Assembly: GCA_000002445.1 (NCBI GenBank)
Contig: AE017150.2
Span: 896,001 to 960,000, forward strand
From: Trypanosoma brucei
Lineage: Eukaryota
DNA: 64,000 bases
Direction of reading: 5' to 3'
Shown here: positions 48,594 through 60,185 of the stretch, piece after piece
Position numbering within the stretch: position 1 is the stretch's first letter
Layout: each line of letters opens with the position of its first letter
Notes under the pieces: model-generated
The model's input: the letters and a program-made list of their open reading frames with translations, nothing else
Databases searched by the model: none
What the model was told of the DNA's origin: nothing
Made by a program: the position numbers and the translations under genes

Positions 48594-49691
48594 ATGAGCA
48601 TGGACACCCGTATGGTGAATTTTGGTTTTACGCGTGCTGCTCTCCTGTGCGGTCTTTTATTATTGCTAACTGCCGTGTGTCCGCTGCATGTGACTGCTGC
48701 TGATGGTGATAATGGACGTGTGATTGTTAATGTGAAGGAGTATTTCTCCATGCCTAATTATGCATTTATTCGAAGAAGAAAGTATATGGTTGATCACGAA
48801 AGCACCAATCGTTACTGCGTGTATTTTGGTGCCGAAGTTGCTGCCGATCAAACGGAGGCGGCACACCAAAGTTTGCAGGATGCTATGAAGCGTGTAATTA
48901 CGGGTTCGGATGCTTTCAGCTACCTTGGTGGAGATGCTGTGTACAGTAGTGGCGAAGCAATTGAAGCTGATAAGCGTTGTAAGCCTGGAGACGCGGCATC
49001 TTCCCGCTATTGTGTGTATCGTTGGAATAAGGGATTGTTTGCAAAGGCTTTGCCTGATGGTCACGGGGTGGCGTTCTGGCATGGTTCATATGTCAAATAC
49101 GACGGTGCGGCCTCAATGAATGGTTACCCATCCTTTTGGGGTAGTGAATATCCCAAGCGTGGTCAGTTGTATACCCTTTCATGGTATCATACAGGAGATA
49201 ATTCGACTACCTGGTATGATGCTGATGGGGTGTCAGGCACTATTCGTTGGACAAGTCGAAACTTTGACACGAAGTCTCAGGATTACGTTATTGTTTGTGA
49301 AGTTCAAAGATATGTTACTGTGGCAGCTGATAACTACACAACAACTACCACTACAACTACAGCTGCACCTGCCTCAGGCGAAGTACCGGAACCAACTGTA
49401 ACAAAGGATGAAGAAGTTACTGTGACAACTGTGTCATTGGAAGAGAGAAGTAATTGGCACATTATTCTCATAGCTCTAATTTCTGTTGTTTCCCTCATTG
49501 TGTTGCTGCTTTTCCTTTTACGTTGGTTCTGTGATTATGATGTTAAAAAGGAGATCATTCCCATGACGCTGCGTGAAGTTGTTGGAGAGCCGTTGTTTGT
49601 CCTGGAGCCAACACCTTTTGTTCCCCCAGAGGGTTTTGCTGCTCCTCCCTTAGCCCTGCAATATTATAACCAAATGAGAACCAGTGAATAA
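48594..49691 (+). CDS. array copy 2 (divergent patches 1 and 3; only 8 Thr in the stalk)
   Basis: Same conserved N- and C-termini. Its private patch 1 is KEYFSMPNYAFIRRRKYMVDHESTNRYCVYFGAEV. Patch 3 (GDNSTTWYDADGVSGTIRWTSRNFDTKSQDYV) is shared with copy 3. Confidence 0.8.
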   Translation: MSMDTRMVNFGFTRAALLCGLLLLLTAVCPLHVTAADGDNGRVIVNVKEYFSMPNYAFIRRRKYMVDHESTNRYCVYFGAEVAADQTEAAHQSLQDAMKRVITGSDAFSYLGGDAVYSSGEAIEADKRCKPGDAASSRYCVYRWNKGLFAKALPDGHGVAFWHGSYVKYDGAASMNGYPSFWGSEYPKRGQLYTLSWYHTGDNSTTWYDADGVSGTIRWTSRNFDTKSQDYVIVCEVQRYVTVAADNYTTTTTTTTAAPASGEVPEPTVTKDEEVTVTTVSLEERSNWHIILIALISVVSLIVLLLFLLRWFCDYDVKKEIIPMTLREVVGEPLFVLEPTPFVPPEGFAAPPLALQYYNQMRTSE

Positions 49692-50521
49692 TATTAGCGT
49701 CACATCGTGTATCACATGGGTGGTGGTTGAGTGATGTTTAGGATCAAGTGGAGTAATGAATACTGTACCGCTTTCATCCTACGTTACGGACCGTCACAAT
49801 TTCTAGCTTCGTGTATTGTTTCACTTCCTATTATTACTTTCAGTAGTGCTCAATACTTCATTGTTTCATATAATTATTACTTTTATGTTCCTAATATTAA
49901 CGGTCTCCTTGTACCATGTTGGCTCTGCGAGGGACTTCCGATGTGTGGCATCACTTCCCTCCGACCACATCATTGTTCTTTTAGTGTGTGACCCATTGAA
50001 CCATCTTTACTGTTTGATGTCCCATTGTTTCGTTGTTGTTAGTGTTGATTATTTATTTCGTGTGTGGGTGTCATGTTTAGTTCGCGTTATTTCATGTTTT
50101 ACTTCCATGTATATGTGGGAGGCTTGTAGGTCCTCCCTGTTACGTGTGATGTATTGCTATACGTGTAACTTGCAGCACTTAATTATTTTAATAGCTTATA
50201 TGAGGTTACATTAAACGAGAGTTCCATAGTGTTCGGTATCTGCGTTATAGTTCATCCATTATGATAATAAATGTTTTGAGTACCTGTGTCTCACTAACCA
50301 ATTTGTTGGGATATGTGATATGGCTGCTCTCTTCCATTATTATTTGTGTTATCCTTTTCATATTTCTTGTTTATTATCCTCGAGTGTATGTGTGATTATT
50401 TGATATCTTGTGTAACTCCTTTTTCTATTGTCACTGTTGCATTTCCCCTTTACTCACACGCTCTTCCCTCTTTCCCGCATATGTCTGTATTTGATAGACT
50501 CATAAGGAAGCAACACTGACA

Positions 50522-51610
50522 ATGAGCATGGACACCCGTATGGTGAATTTTGGTTTTACGCGTGCTGCTCTCCTGTGTGGTATTTTATTATTGCTAACTG
50601 CCGTGTGTCCGCTGCATGTGACTGCTGCTGATGGTGATGGACGCGTGATTGTTAATGTGAAGACGTATTTCTCTGTTCCCACATATGCGTTCATTAGGAA
50701 AGGTAGATATGCTGTTAATTACGAAAATGCTAATTATTATTGCGTCTTCTTTGGTGCTGTGCTTCCTGCCGATCAAACGGAGGCGGCGCACCAAAGTTTG
50801 CAGGATGCTATGAAGCGTGTAATTACGGGTTCGGATGCTTTCAGCTACCTTGGTGGAGATGCTGTGTACAGTAGTGGCGAAGCAATTGAAGCTGATAAGC
50901 GTTGTAAGCCTGGAGACATTGCATCTTCCCGCTATTGTGTGTATCGTTGGAATAAGGGATTGTTTGCAAAGGCTTTGCCTGATGGCTGGGGGGTGGCGTT
51001 CTGGCATGGTTCATATGTCAAATACGACGGTGCGGCCTCAATGAATGGTTACCCATCCTTTTGGGGTAGTGAATATCCCAAGCGTGGTCAGTTGTATACC
51101 CTTTCATGGTATCATACAGGAGATAATTCGACTACCTGGTATGATGCTGATGGGGTGTCAGGCACTATTCGTTGGACAAGTCGAAACTTTGACACGAAGT
51201 CTCAGGATTACGTAGTCACCTGTGAGGTTCAAACTGATATTATCACGACGACAACCACAACAACTACAACTACAACTACAGCTGCACCTGCCTCAGGCGA
51301 AGTACCGGAACCAACTGTGACAAAGGATGAAGAAGTTACCGTGACAACTGTGTCATTGGAAGAGAGAAGTAATTGGCACATTATTCTCATAGCTCTAATT
51401 TCTGTTGTTTCCCTTATTGTGTTGCTACTTTTCCTTTTACGTTGGTTCTGTGATTATGATGTTAAAAAGGAGATCATTCCCATGACGCTGCGTGAAGTTG
51501 TTGGAGAGCCGTTGTTTGTCCTGGAGCCAACACCTTTTGCTCCCCCAGAGGGTTTTGCTGCTCCTCCCTTAGCCCTGCAATATTATAACCAAATGAGAAC
51601 CAGTGAATAA
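50522..51610 (+). CDS. array copy 3
   Basis: Private patch 1 is KTYFSVPTYAFIRKGRYAVNYENANYYCVFFGAV. Patch 3 is shared with copy 2. The tail has a single V->A change (TPFAPPEG). Confidence 0.8.
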   Translation: MSMDTRMVNFGFTRAALLCGILLLLTAVCPLHVTAADGDGRVIVNVKTYFSVPTYAFIRKGRYAVNYENANYYCVFFGAVLPADQTEAAHQSLQDAMKRVITGSDAFSYLGGDAVYSSGEAIEADKRCKPGDIASSRYCVYRWNKGLFAKALPDGWGVAFWHGSYVKYDGAASMNGYPSFWGSEYPKRGQLYTLSWYHTGDNSTTWYDADGVSGTIRWTSRNFDTKSQDYVVTCEVQTDIITTTTTTTTTTTTAAPASGEVPEPTVTKDEEVTVTTVSLEERSNWHIILIALISVVSLIVLLLFLLRWFCDYDVKKEIIPMTLREVVGEPLFVLEPTPFAPPEGFAAPPLALQYYNQMRTSE

Positions 51611-52440
51611 TATTAGCGTCACATCGTGTATCACATGGGTGGTGGTTGAGTGATGTTTAGGATCAAGTGGAGTAATGAATACTGTACCGCTTTCATCCTA
51701 CGTTACGGACCGTCACAATTTCTAGCTTCGTGTATTGTTTCACTTCCTACTATTACTTTCAGTAGTGCTCAATACTTCATTGTTTCATATAATTATTACT
51801 TTTATGTTCCTAATATTAACGGTCTCCTTGTACCATGTTGGCTCTGCGAGGGACTTCCGATGTGTGGCATCACTTCCCTCCGACCACATCATTGTTCTTT
51901 TAGTGTGTGACCCATTGAACCATCTTTACTGTTTGATGTCCCATTGTTTCGTTGTTGTTAGTGTTGATTATTTATTTCGTGTGTGGGTGTCACGTTTAGT
52001 TCGCGTTACTTCATGTTTTACTTCCATGTATATGTGGGAGGCTTGTAGGTCCTCCCTGTTACGTGTGATGTATTGCTATACGTGTAACTTGCAGCACTTA
52101 ATTATTTTAAAAACCTGTACGACGCTGTGTTAAACGAGAGTTCCATAGTGTTCAATCCCTGCGTTATAGTTGGTCCATTATGATAATAAATGTTTTCAGT
52201 ACCTGTGTCTCACTAACCAATTTGTTGGGATATGTGATATGGCTGCTCTCTTCCATTATTATTTGTGTTATCCTTTTCATATTTCTTGTTTATTATCCTC
52301 GAGTGTATGTGTGATTATTTGATATCTTGTGTAACTCCTTTTTCTATTGTCACTGTTGCATTTCCCCTTTACTCACACGCTCTTCCCTCTTTCCCGCATA
52401 TGTGTGTATTTGATAGACTCATAAGGAAACAACACTGACA

Positions 52441-53535
52441 ATGAGCATGGACACCCGTATGGTGAATTTTGGTTTTACGCGTGCTGCTCTCCTGTGCGGT
52501 ATTTTATTATTGCTAACTGCCGTGTGTTCGCTGCATGTGACTGCTGCTGCTGATGGTGATGATGGACGCGTGATTGTTAATGTTAAATCCTATTTTTCGA
52601 TGGTGTACCGTGCTTTTTTCCGCAATAAAACTTACTTCGTTAGTTATGAAAACGCTGAAGCATATTGTGTTGAAAACGGTGCTGTGCTTCCTGCCGATCA
52701 AACGGAGGCGGCGCACCAAAGTTTGCAGGATGCAATGAAGCGTGTATACTCCATTTTTGTTGCTTTCAGCTACCTTGGTGGAGATGCTGTGTACAGTAGT
52801 AGCGGAGTAATTGAGTTTAATAAACGATGTAATGCTGGAGACATTGCATCTTCCCGCTATTGTGTGTATCGTTGGAATAAGGGATTGTTTGCAAAGGTTT
52901 TGCCTGATGGTCACGGGGTGGCGTTCTGGCATGGTTCATATGTCAAATACGACGGTGCGGCCTCAATGAATGGTTACCCATCTTTTTGGGGTAGTGAATA
53001 TCCCAAGCGTGGTCAGTTGTATACCCTTTCATGGTACCATGAACACGAAGATGTGACTACCTGGTATGATGCTGAAAGTGTAGCTGGACAGCTGGTGGCA
53101 GCAAGCAACAATCCCGAGACCACAAACAAGAACTACGTTATCTTATGTGAAGTCCATGATTCTATCAGCACGACGACAACCACAACAACTACCACTACAA
53201 CTACAGCTGCACCTGCCTCAGGCGAAGTGCCGGAACCAACTGTGACAAAGGATGAAGAAGTTACTGTGACAACTGTGTCATTGGAAGAGAGAAGTAATTG
53301 GCACATTATTCTCATAGCTCTAATTTCTGTTGTTTCCCTCATTGTGTTGCTACTTTTCCTTTTACGTTGGTTTTGTGATTATGATGTTAAAAAGGAGATC
53401 ATTCCCATGACGCTGCGTGAAGTTGTTGGAGAGCCGTTGTTTGTCCTGGAGCCAACACCTTTTGTTCCCCCAGAGGGTTTTGATGCTCCTCCCTTAGCCC
53501 TGCAATATTATAACCAAATGAGAACCAGTGAATAA
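52441..53535 (+). CDS. array copy 4 (the most divergent ectodomain)
   Basis: Its patch 1 is unique (KSYFSMVYRAFFRNKTYFVSYENAEAYCVENGAV). Its patch 2 is unique (KRVYSIFVAFSY...SSGVIEFNKRCNAGD). Its patch 3 is unique (EHEDVTTWYDAESVAGQLVAASNNPETTNKNYV). Confidence 0.8.
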   Translation: MSMDTRMVNFGFTRAALLCGILLLLTAVCSLHVTAAADGDDGRVIVNVKSYFSMVYRAFFRNKTYFVSYENAEAYCVENGAVLPADQTEAAHQSLQDAMKRVYSIFVAFSYLGGDAVYSSSGVIEFNKRCNAGDIASSRYCVYRWNKGLFAKVLPDGHGVAFWHGSYVKYDGAASMNGYPSFWGSEYPKRGQLYTLSWYHEHEDVTTWYDAESVAGQLVAASNNPETTNKNYVILCEVHDSISTTTTTTTTTTTTAAPASGEVPEPTVTKDEEVTVTTVSLEERSNWHIILIALISVVSLIVLLLFLLRWFCDYDVKKEIIPMTLREVVGEPLFVLEPTPFVPPEGFDAPPLALQYYNQMRTSE

Positions 53536-54365
53536 TATTAGCGTCACATCGTGTATCACATGGGTGGTGGTTGAGTGATGTTTAGGATCAAGTGGAGTAA
53601 TGAATACTGTACCGCTTTCATCCTACGTTACGGACCGTCACAATTTCTAGCTTCGTGTATTGTTTCACTTCCTACTATTACTTTCAGTAGTGCTCAATAC
53701 TTCATTGTTTCATATAATTATTACTTTTATGTTCCTAATATTAACGGTCTCCTTGTACCATGTTGGCTCTGCGAGGGACTTCCGATGTGTGGCATCACTT
53801 CCCTCCGACCACATCATTGTTCTTTTAGTGTGTGACCCATTGAACCATCTTTACTGTTTGATGTCCCATTGTTTCGTTGTTGTTAGTGTTGATTATTTAT
53901 TTCGTGTGTGGGTGTCATGTTTAGTTCGCGTTATTTCATGTTTTACTTCCATGTATATGTGGGAGGCTTGTAGGTCCTCCCTGTTACGTGTGATGTATTG
54001 CTATACGTGTAACTTGCAGCACTTAATTATTTTAATAGCTTATATGAGGTTACATTAAACGAGAGTTCCATAGTGTTCAATCCCTGCGTTATAGTTCATC
54101 CATTATGATAATAAATGTTTTGAGTACCTGTGTCTCACTAACCAATTTGTTGGGATATGTGATATGGCTGCTCTCTTCCATTATTATTTGTGTTATCCTT
54201 TTCATATTTCTTGTTTATTATCCTCGAGTGTATGTGTGATTATTTGATATCTTGTGTAACTCCTTTTTCTATTGTCACTGTTGCATTTCCCCTTTACTCA
54301 CACGCTCTTCCCTCTTTCCCGCATATGTGTGTATTTGATAGACTCATAAGGAAACAACACTGACA

Positions 54366-55475
54366 ATGAGCATGGACACCCGTATGGTGAATTTTGGTTT
54401 TACGCGTGCTGCTCTCCTGTGCGGTATTTTATTATTGCTAACTGCCGTGTGTTCGCTGCATGTGACTGCTGCTGATGGTGATGATGGACGCGTGATTGTT
54501 AATGTGAAGGAGTATTTCTCCATGCCTAATCGTGCATTTATTCGTGATGGGGAGTACCATGTAAGTTACTACAATGCTAACGCATATTGTGTCGACAATG
54601 GTGCTGTGCTTCCTGCCGATCAAACGGAGGCGGCACACCAAAGTTTGCAGGATGCAATGAAGCGTGTAACTAATTCTTTTGTTGCTTTCAGCTACCTTGG
54701 TGGAGATGCTGTGTACAGTAGTGGCGGAGTAATTGAAGCTGATAAGCGTTGTAAGCCTGGAGACATTGCATCTTCACGCTATTGTGTGTACCGTTGGAAT
54801 AAGGGATTGTTTGCAAAGGCTTTGCCTGATGGCTGGGGGGTGGCGTTCTGGCATGGTTCATATGTCAAATACGGTGGTGCGGCCTCAATGAATGGTTACC
54901 CATCCTTTTGGGGTAGTGAATATCCCAAGCGTGGTCAGTTGTATACCCTTTCATGGTATCATAAAGATTATGATGTGACTACCTGGTATGATGGAAAAGA
55001 TATGTCAGGACGCATAAAGTGGACGAGTAAAAACACTGCTACAAGAACCGAAAACTACGTTATCTTATGTGAAGTCCACGATTCTATCAGCACGACGACA
55101 ACCACAACAACTACAACTACGACAACAACTACCACTACAACTACAGCTGCACCTGCCTCAGGCGAAGTGCCGGAACCAACTGTGACAAAGGATGAAGAAG
55201 TTACTGTGACAACTGTGTCATTGGAAGAGAGAAGTAATTGGCACATTATTCTCATAGCTCTAATTTCTGTTGTTTCCCTCATTGTGTTGCTGCTTTTCCT
55301 TTTACGTTGGTTTTGTGATTATGATGTTAAAAAGGAGATCATTCCCATGACGCTGCGTGAAGTTGTTGGAGAGCCGTTGTTTGTCCTGGAGCCAACACCT
55401 TTTGTTCCCCCAGAGGGTTTTGCTGCTCCTCCCTTAGCCCTGCAATATTATAACCAAATGAGAACCAGTGAATAA
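54366..55475 (+). CDS. array copy 5
   Basis: Patch 1 is KEYFSMPNRAFIRDGEYHVSYYNANAYCVDNGAV, shared with copies 6 and 8. Patch 2 is private (KRVTNSFVAFSY). Patch 3 is KDYDVTTWYDGKDMSGRIKWTSKNTATRTENYV. Confidence 0.8.
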   Translation: MSMDTRMVNFGFTRAALLCGILLLLTAVCSLHVTAADGDDGRVIVNVKEYFSMPNRAFIRDGEYHVSYYNANAYCVDNGAVLPADQTEAAHQSLQDAMKRVTNSFVAFSYLGGDAVYSSGGVIEADKRCKPGDIASSRYCVYRWNKGLFAKALPDGWGVAFWHGSYVKYGGAASMNGYPSFWGSEYPKRGQLYTLSWYHKDYDVTTWYDGKDMSGRIKWTSKNTATRTENYVILCEVHDSISTTTTTTTTTTTTTTTTTTAAPASGEVPEPTVTKDEEVTVTTVSLEERSNWHIILIALISVVSLIVLLLFLLRWFCDYDVKKEIIPMTLREVVGEPLFVLEPTPFVPPEGFAAPPLALQYYNQMRTSE

Positions 55476-56305
55476 TATTAGCGTCACATCGTGTATCACA
55501 TGGGTGGTGGTTGAGTGATGTTTAGGATCAAGTGGAGTAATGAATACTGTACCGCTTTCATCCTACGTTACGGACCGTCACAATTTCTAGCTTCGTGTAT
55601 TGTTTCACTTCCTATTATTACTTTCAGTAGTGCTCAATACTTCATTGTTTCATATAATTATTACTTTTATGTTCCTAATATTAACGGTCTCCTTGTACCA
55701 TGTTGGCTCTGCGAGGGACTTCCGATGTGTGGCATCACTTCCCTCCGACCACATCATTGTTCTTTTAGTGTGTGACCCATTGAACCATCTTTACTGTTTG
55801 ATGTCCCATTGTTTCGTTGTTGTTAGTGTTGATTATTTATTTCGTGTGTGGGTGTCATGTTTAGTTCGCGTTATTTCATGTTTTACTTCCATGTATATGT
55901 GGGAGGCTTGTAGGTCCTCCCTGTTACGTGTGATGTATTGCTATACGTGTAACTTGCAGCACTTAATTATTTTAATAGCTTATATGAGGTTACATTAAAC
56001 GAGAGTTCCATAGTGTTCAATCCCTGCGTTATAGTTCATCCATTATGATAATAAATGTTTTGAGTACCTGTGTCTCACTAACCAATTTGTTGGGATATGT
56101 GATATGGCTGCTCTCTTCCATTATTATTTGTGTTATCCTTTTCATATTTCTTGTTTATTATCCTCGAGTGTATGTGTGATTATTTGATATCTTGTGTAAC
56201 TCCTTTTTCTATTGTCACTGTTGCATTTCCCCTTTACTCACACGCTCTTCCCTCTTTCCCGCATATGTGTGTATTTGATAGACTCATAAGGAAACAACAC
56301 TGACA

Positions 56306-57415
56306 ATGAGCATGGACACCCGTATGGTGAATTTTGGTTTTACGCGTGCTGCTCTCCTGTGCGGTATTTTATTATTGCTAACTGCCGTGTGTTCGCTGCA
56401 TGTGACTGCTGCTGATGGTGATGATGGACGCGTGATTGTTAATGTGAAGGAGTATTTCTCCATGCCTAATCGTGCATTTATTCGTGATGGGGAGTACCAT
56501 GTAAGTTACTACAATGCTAACGCATATTGTGTCGACAATGGTGCTGTGCTTCCTGCCGATCAAACGGAGGCGGCGCACCAAATTTTGCAGGATGCTATGA
56601 AGCGTGTAATTGCGGCTTCGGATGCTTTCAGCTACCTTGGTGGAGATGCTGTGTACAGTAGTGGCGGGGCCATTGTGGCTAATAAGCGTTGTAAGCCTGG
56701 AGACATTGCATCTTCACGCTATTGTGTGTATCGTTGGAATAAGGGATTGTTTGCAAAGGCTTTGCCTGATGGCTGGGGGGTGGCGTTCTGGCATGGTTCA
56801 TATGTCAAATACGGTGGTGCGGCCTCAATGAATGGTTACCCATCCTTTTGGGGTAGTGAATATCCCAAGCATGGTCAGTTGTATACCCTTTCATGGTATC
56901 ATAAAGATTATGATGTGACTACCTGGTATGATGGAAAAGATATGTCAGGACGCATAAAGGGGACGAGTAAAAACCCTGCCACAAAGACTGAAAACTACGT
57001 TATCTTATGTGAAGTCCACGATTCTATCAGCACGACGACAACCACAACAACTACAACTACGACAACAACTACCACTACAACTACAGCTGCACCTGCCTCA
57101 GGCGAAGTACCGGAACCAACTGTGACAAAGGATGAAGAAGTTACCGTGACAACTGTGTCATTGGAAGAGAGAAGTAATTGGCACATTATTCTCATAGCTC
57201 TAATTTCTGTTGTTTCCCTTATTGCGTTGCTACTTTTCCTTTTACGTTGGTTTTGTGATTATGATGTTAAAAAGGAGATCATTCCCATGACGCTGCGTGA
57301 AGTTGTTGGAGAGCCGTTGTTTGTCCTGGAGCCAACACCTTTTGTTCCCCCAGAGGGTTTTGCTGCTCCTCCCTTAGCCCTGCAATATTATAACCAAATG
57401 AGAACCAGTGAATAA
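56306..57415 (+). CDS. array copy 6
   Basis: Patch 1 is shared with copies 5 and 8. Patch 2 (ILQDAMKRVIAASDA...GGAIVANKRC) is shared with copy 7. Patch 3 (KGTSKNPATKTENYV) is shared with copy 7. Confidence 0.8.
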   Translation: MSMDTRMVNFGFTRAALLCGILLLLTAVCSLHVTAADGDDGRVIVNVKEYFSMPNRAFIRDGEYHVSYYNANAYCVDNGAVLPADQTEAAHQILQDAMKRVIAASDAFSYLGGDAVYSSGGAIVANKRCKPGDIASSRYCVYRWNKGLFAKALPDGWGVAFWHGSYVKYGGAASMNGYPSFWGSEYPKHGQLYTLSWYHKDYDVTTWYDGKDMSGRIKGTSKNPATKTENYVILCEVHDSISTTTTTTTTTTTTTTTTTTAAPASGEVPEPTVTKDEEVTVTTVSLEERSNWHIILIALISVVSLIALLLFLLRWFCDYDVKKEIIPMTLREVVGEPLFVLEPTPFVPPEGFAAPPLALQYYNQMRTSE

Positions 57416-58245
57416 TATTAGCGTCACATCGTGTATCACATGGGTGGTGGTTGAGTGATGTTTAGGATCAAGTGGAGTAATGAATACTGTACCGCTTTCA
57501 TCCTACGTTACGGACCGTCACAATTTCTAGCTTCGTGTATTGTTTCACTTCCTACTATTACTTTCAGTAGTGCTCAATACTTCATTGTTTCATATAATTA
57601 TTACTTTTATGTTCCTAATATTAACGGTCTCCTTGTACCATGTTGGCTCTGCGAGGGACTTCCGATGTGTGGCATCACTTCCCTCCGACCACATCATTGT
57701 TCTTTTAGTGTGTGACCCATTGAACCATCTTTACTGTTTGATGTCCCATTGTTTCGTTGTTGTTAGTGTTGATTATTTATTTCGTGTGTGGGTGTCATGT
57801 TTAGTTCGCGTTATTTCATGTTTTACTTCCATGTATATGTGGGAGGCTTGTAGGTCCTCCCTGTTACGTGTGATGTATTGCTATACGTGTAACTTGCAGC
57901 ACTTAATTATTTTAATAGCTTATATGAGGTTACATTAAACGAGAGTTCCATAGTGTTCAATCCCTGCGTTATAGTTCATCCATTATGATAATAAATGTTT
58001 TGAGTACCTGTGTCTCACTAACCAATTTGTTGGGATATGTGATATGGCTGCTCTCTTCCATTATTATTTGTGTTATCCTTTTCATATTTCTTGTTTATTA
58101 TCCTCGAGTGTATGTGTGATTATTTGATATCTTGTGTAACTCCTTTTTCTATTGTCACTGTTGCATTTCCCCTTTACTCACACGCTCTTCCCTCTTTCCC
58201 GCATATGTGTGTATTTGATAGACTCATAAGGAAACAACACTGACA

Positions 58246-59355
58246 ATGAGCATGGACACCCGTATGGTGAATTTTGGTTTTACGCGTGCTGCTCTCCTGT
58301 GCGGTCTTTTATTATTGCTAACTGCCGTGTGTCCGCTGCATGTGACTGCTGCTGATGGTGATGATGGACGCGTGATTGTAAATATCAATACTATAATTTC
58401 TATGGTCAATCGTGCATTTATTCGTGATGGGGAGTACCATGTAAGTTACTACAATGCTAACGCATATTGTGTCGACAATGGTGCTGTGCTTCCTGCCGAT
58501 CAAACGGAGGCGGCGCACCAAATTTTGCAGGATGCAATGAAGCGTGTAACTGCGGCTTCGGATGCTTTCAGCTACCTTGGTGGAGATGCTGTGTACAGTA
58601 GTGGCGGGGCCATTGTGGCTAATAAGCGTTGTAAGCCTGGAGACATTGCATCTTCACGCTATTGTGTGTACCGTTGGAATAAGGGATTGTTTGCAAAGGC
58701 TTTGCCTGATGGTCACGGGGTGGCGTTCTGGCATGGTTCATATGTCAAATACATTTTTGCAGGCCCAATGAATGGTTACCCATCCTTTTGGGGTGGCGAA
58801 CATCCCAAGCGTGGTCAGTTGTATACCCTTTCATGGTATCATAAAGATTATGATGTGACTACCTGGTATGATGGAAAAGATATGTCAGGACGCATAAAGG
58901 GGACGAGTAAAAACCCTGCCACAAAGACTGAAAACTACGTTATCTTATGTGAAGTCCACGATTCTATCAGCACGACGACAACCACAACAACTACAACTAC
59001 GACAACAACTACCACTACAACTACAGCTGCACCTGCCTCAGGCGAAGTACCGGAACCAACTGTGACAAAGGATGAAGAAGTTACTGTGACAACTGTGTCA
59101 TTGGAAGAGAGAAGTAATTGGCACATTATTCTCATAGCTCTAATTTCTGTTGTTTCCCTTATTGTGTTGCTACTTTTCCTTTTACGTTGGTTCTGTGATT
59201 ATGATGTTAAAAAGGAGATCATTCCCATGACGCTGCGTGAAGTTGTTGGAGAGCCGTTGTTTGTCCTGGAGCCAACACCTTTTGTTCCCCCAGAGGGTTT
59301 TGCTGCTCCTCCCTTAGCCCTGCAATATTATAACCAAATGAGAACCAGTGAATAA
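58246..59355 (+). CDS. array copy 7 (carries private substitution clusters)
   Basis: Private NINTIISMVN at the start of the ectodomain. Private KYIFAGPMNG and WGGEHP in the otherwise invariant core. Patches 2 and 3 are shared with copy 6. Confidence 0.8.
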   Translation: MSMDTRMVNFGFTRAALLCGLLLLLTAVCPLHVTAADGDDGRVIVNINTIISMVNRAFIRDGEYHVSYYNANAYCVDNGAVLPADQTEAAHQILQDAMKRVTAASDAFSYLGGDAVYSSGGAIVANKRCKPGDIASSRYCVYRWNKGLFAKALPDGHGVAFWHGSYVKYIFAGPMNGYPSFWGGEHPKRGQLYTLSWYHKDYDVTTWYDGKDMSGRIKGTSKNPATKTENYVILCEVHDSISTTTTTTTTTTTTTTTTTTAAPASGEVPEPTVTKDEEVTVTTVSLEERSNWHIILIALISVVSLIVLLLFLLRWFCDYDVKKEIIPMTLREVVGEPLFVLEPTPFVPPEGFAAPPLALQYYNQMRTSE

Positions 59356-60185
59356 TATTAGCGTCACATCGTGTATCACATGGGTGGTGGTTGAGTGATG
59401 TTTAGGATCAAGTGGAGTAATGAATACTGTACCGCTTTCATCCTACGTTACGGACCGTCACAATTTCTAGCTTCGTGTATTGTTTCACTTCCTATTATTA
59501 CTTTCAGTAGTGCTCAATACTTCATTGTTTCATATAATTATTACTTTTATGTTCCTAATATTAACGGTCTCCTTGTACCATGTTGGCTCTGCGAGGGACT
59601 TCCGATGTGTGGCATCACTTCCCTCCGACCACATCATTGTTCTTTTAGTGTGTGACCCATTGAACCATCTTTACTGTTTGATGTCCCATTGTTTCGTTGT
59701 TGTTAGTGTTGATTATTTATTTCGTGTGTGGGTGTCATGTTTAGTTCGCGTTATTTCATGTTTTACTTCCATGTATATGTGGGAGGCTTGTAGGTCCTCC
59801 CTGTTACGTGTGATGTATTGCTATACGTGTAACTTGCAGCACTTAATTATTTTAATAGCTTATATGAGGTTACATTAAACGAGAGTTCCATAGTGTTCAA
59901 TCCCTGCGTTATAGTTCATCCATTATGATAATAAATGTTTTGAGTACCTGTGTCTCACTAACCAATTTGTTGGGATATGTGATATGGCTGCTCTCTTCCA
60001 TTATTATTTGTGTTATCCTTTTCATATTTCTTGTTTATTATCCTCGAGTGTATGTGTGATTATTTGATATCTTGTGTAACTCCTTTTTCTATTGTCACTG
60101 TTGCATTTCCCCTTTACTCACACGCTCTTCCCTCTTTCCCGCATATGTGTGTATTTGATAGACTCATAAGGAAACAACACTGACA

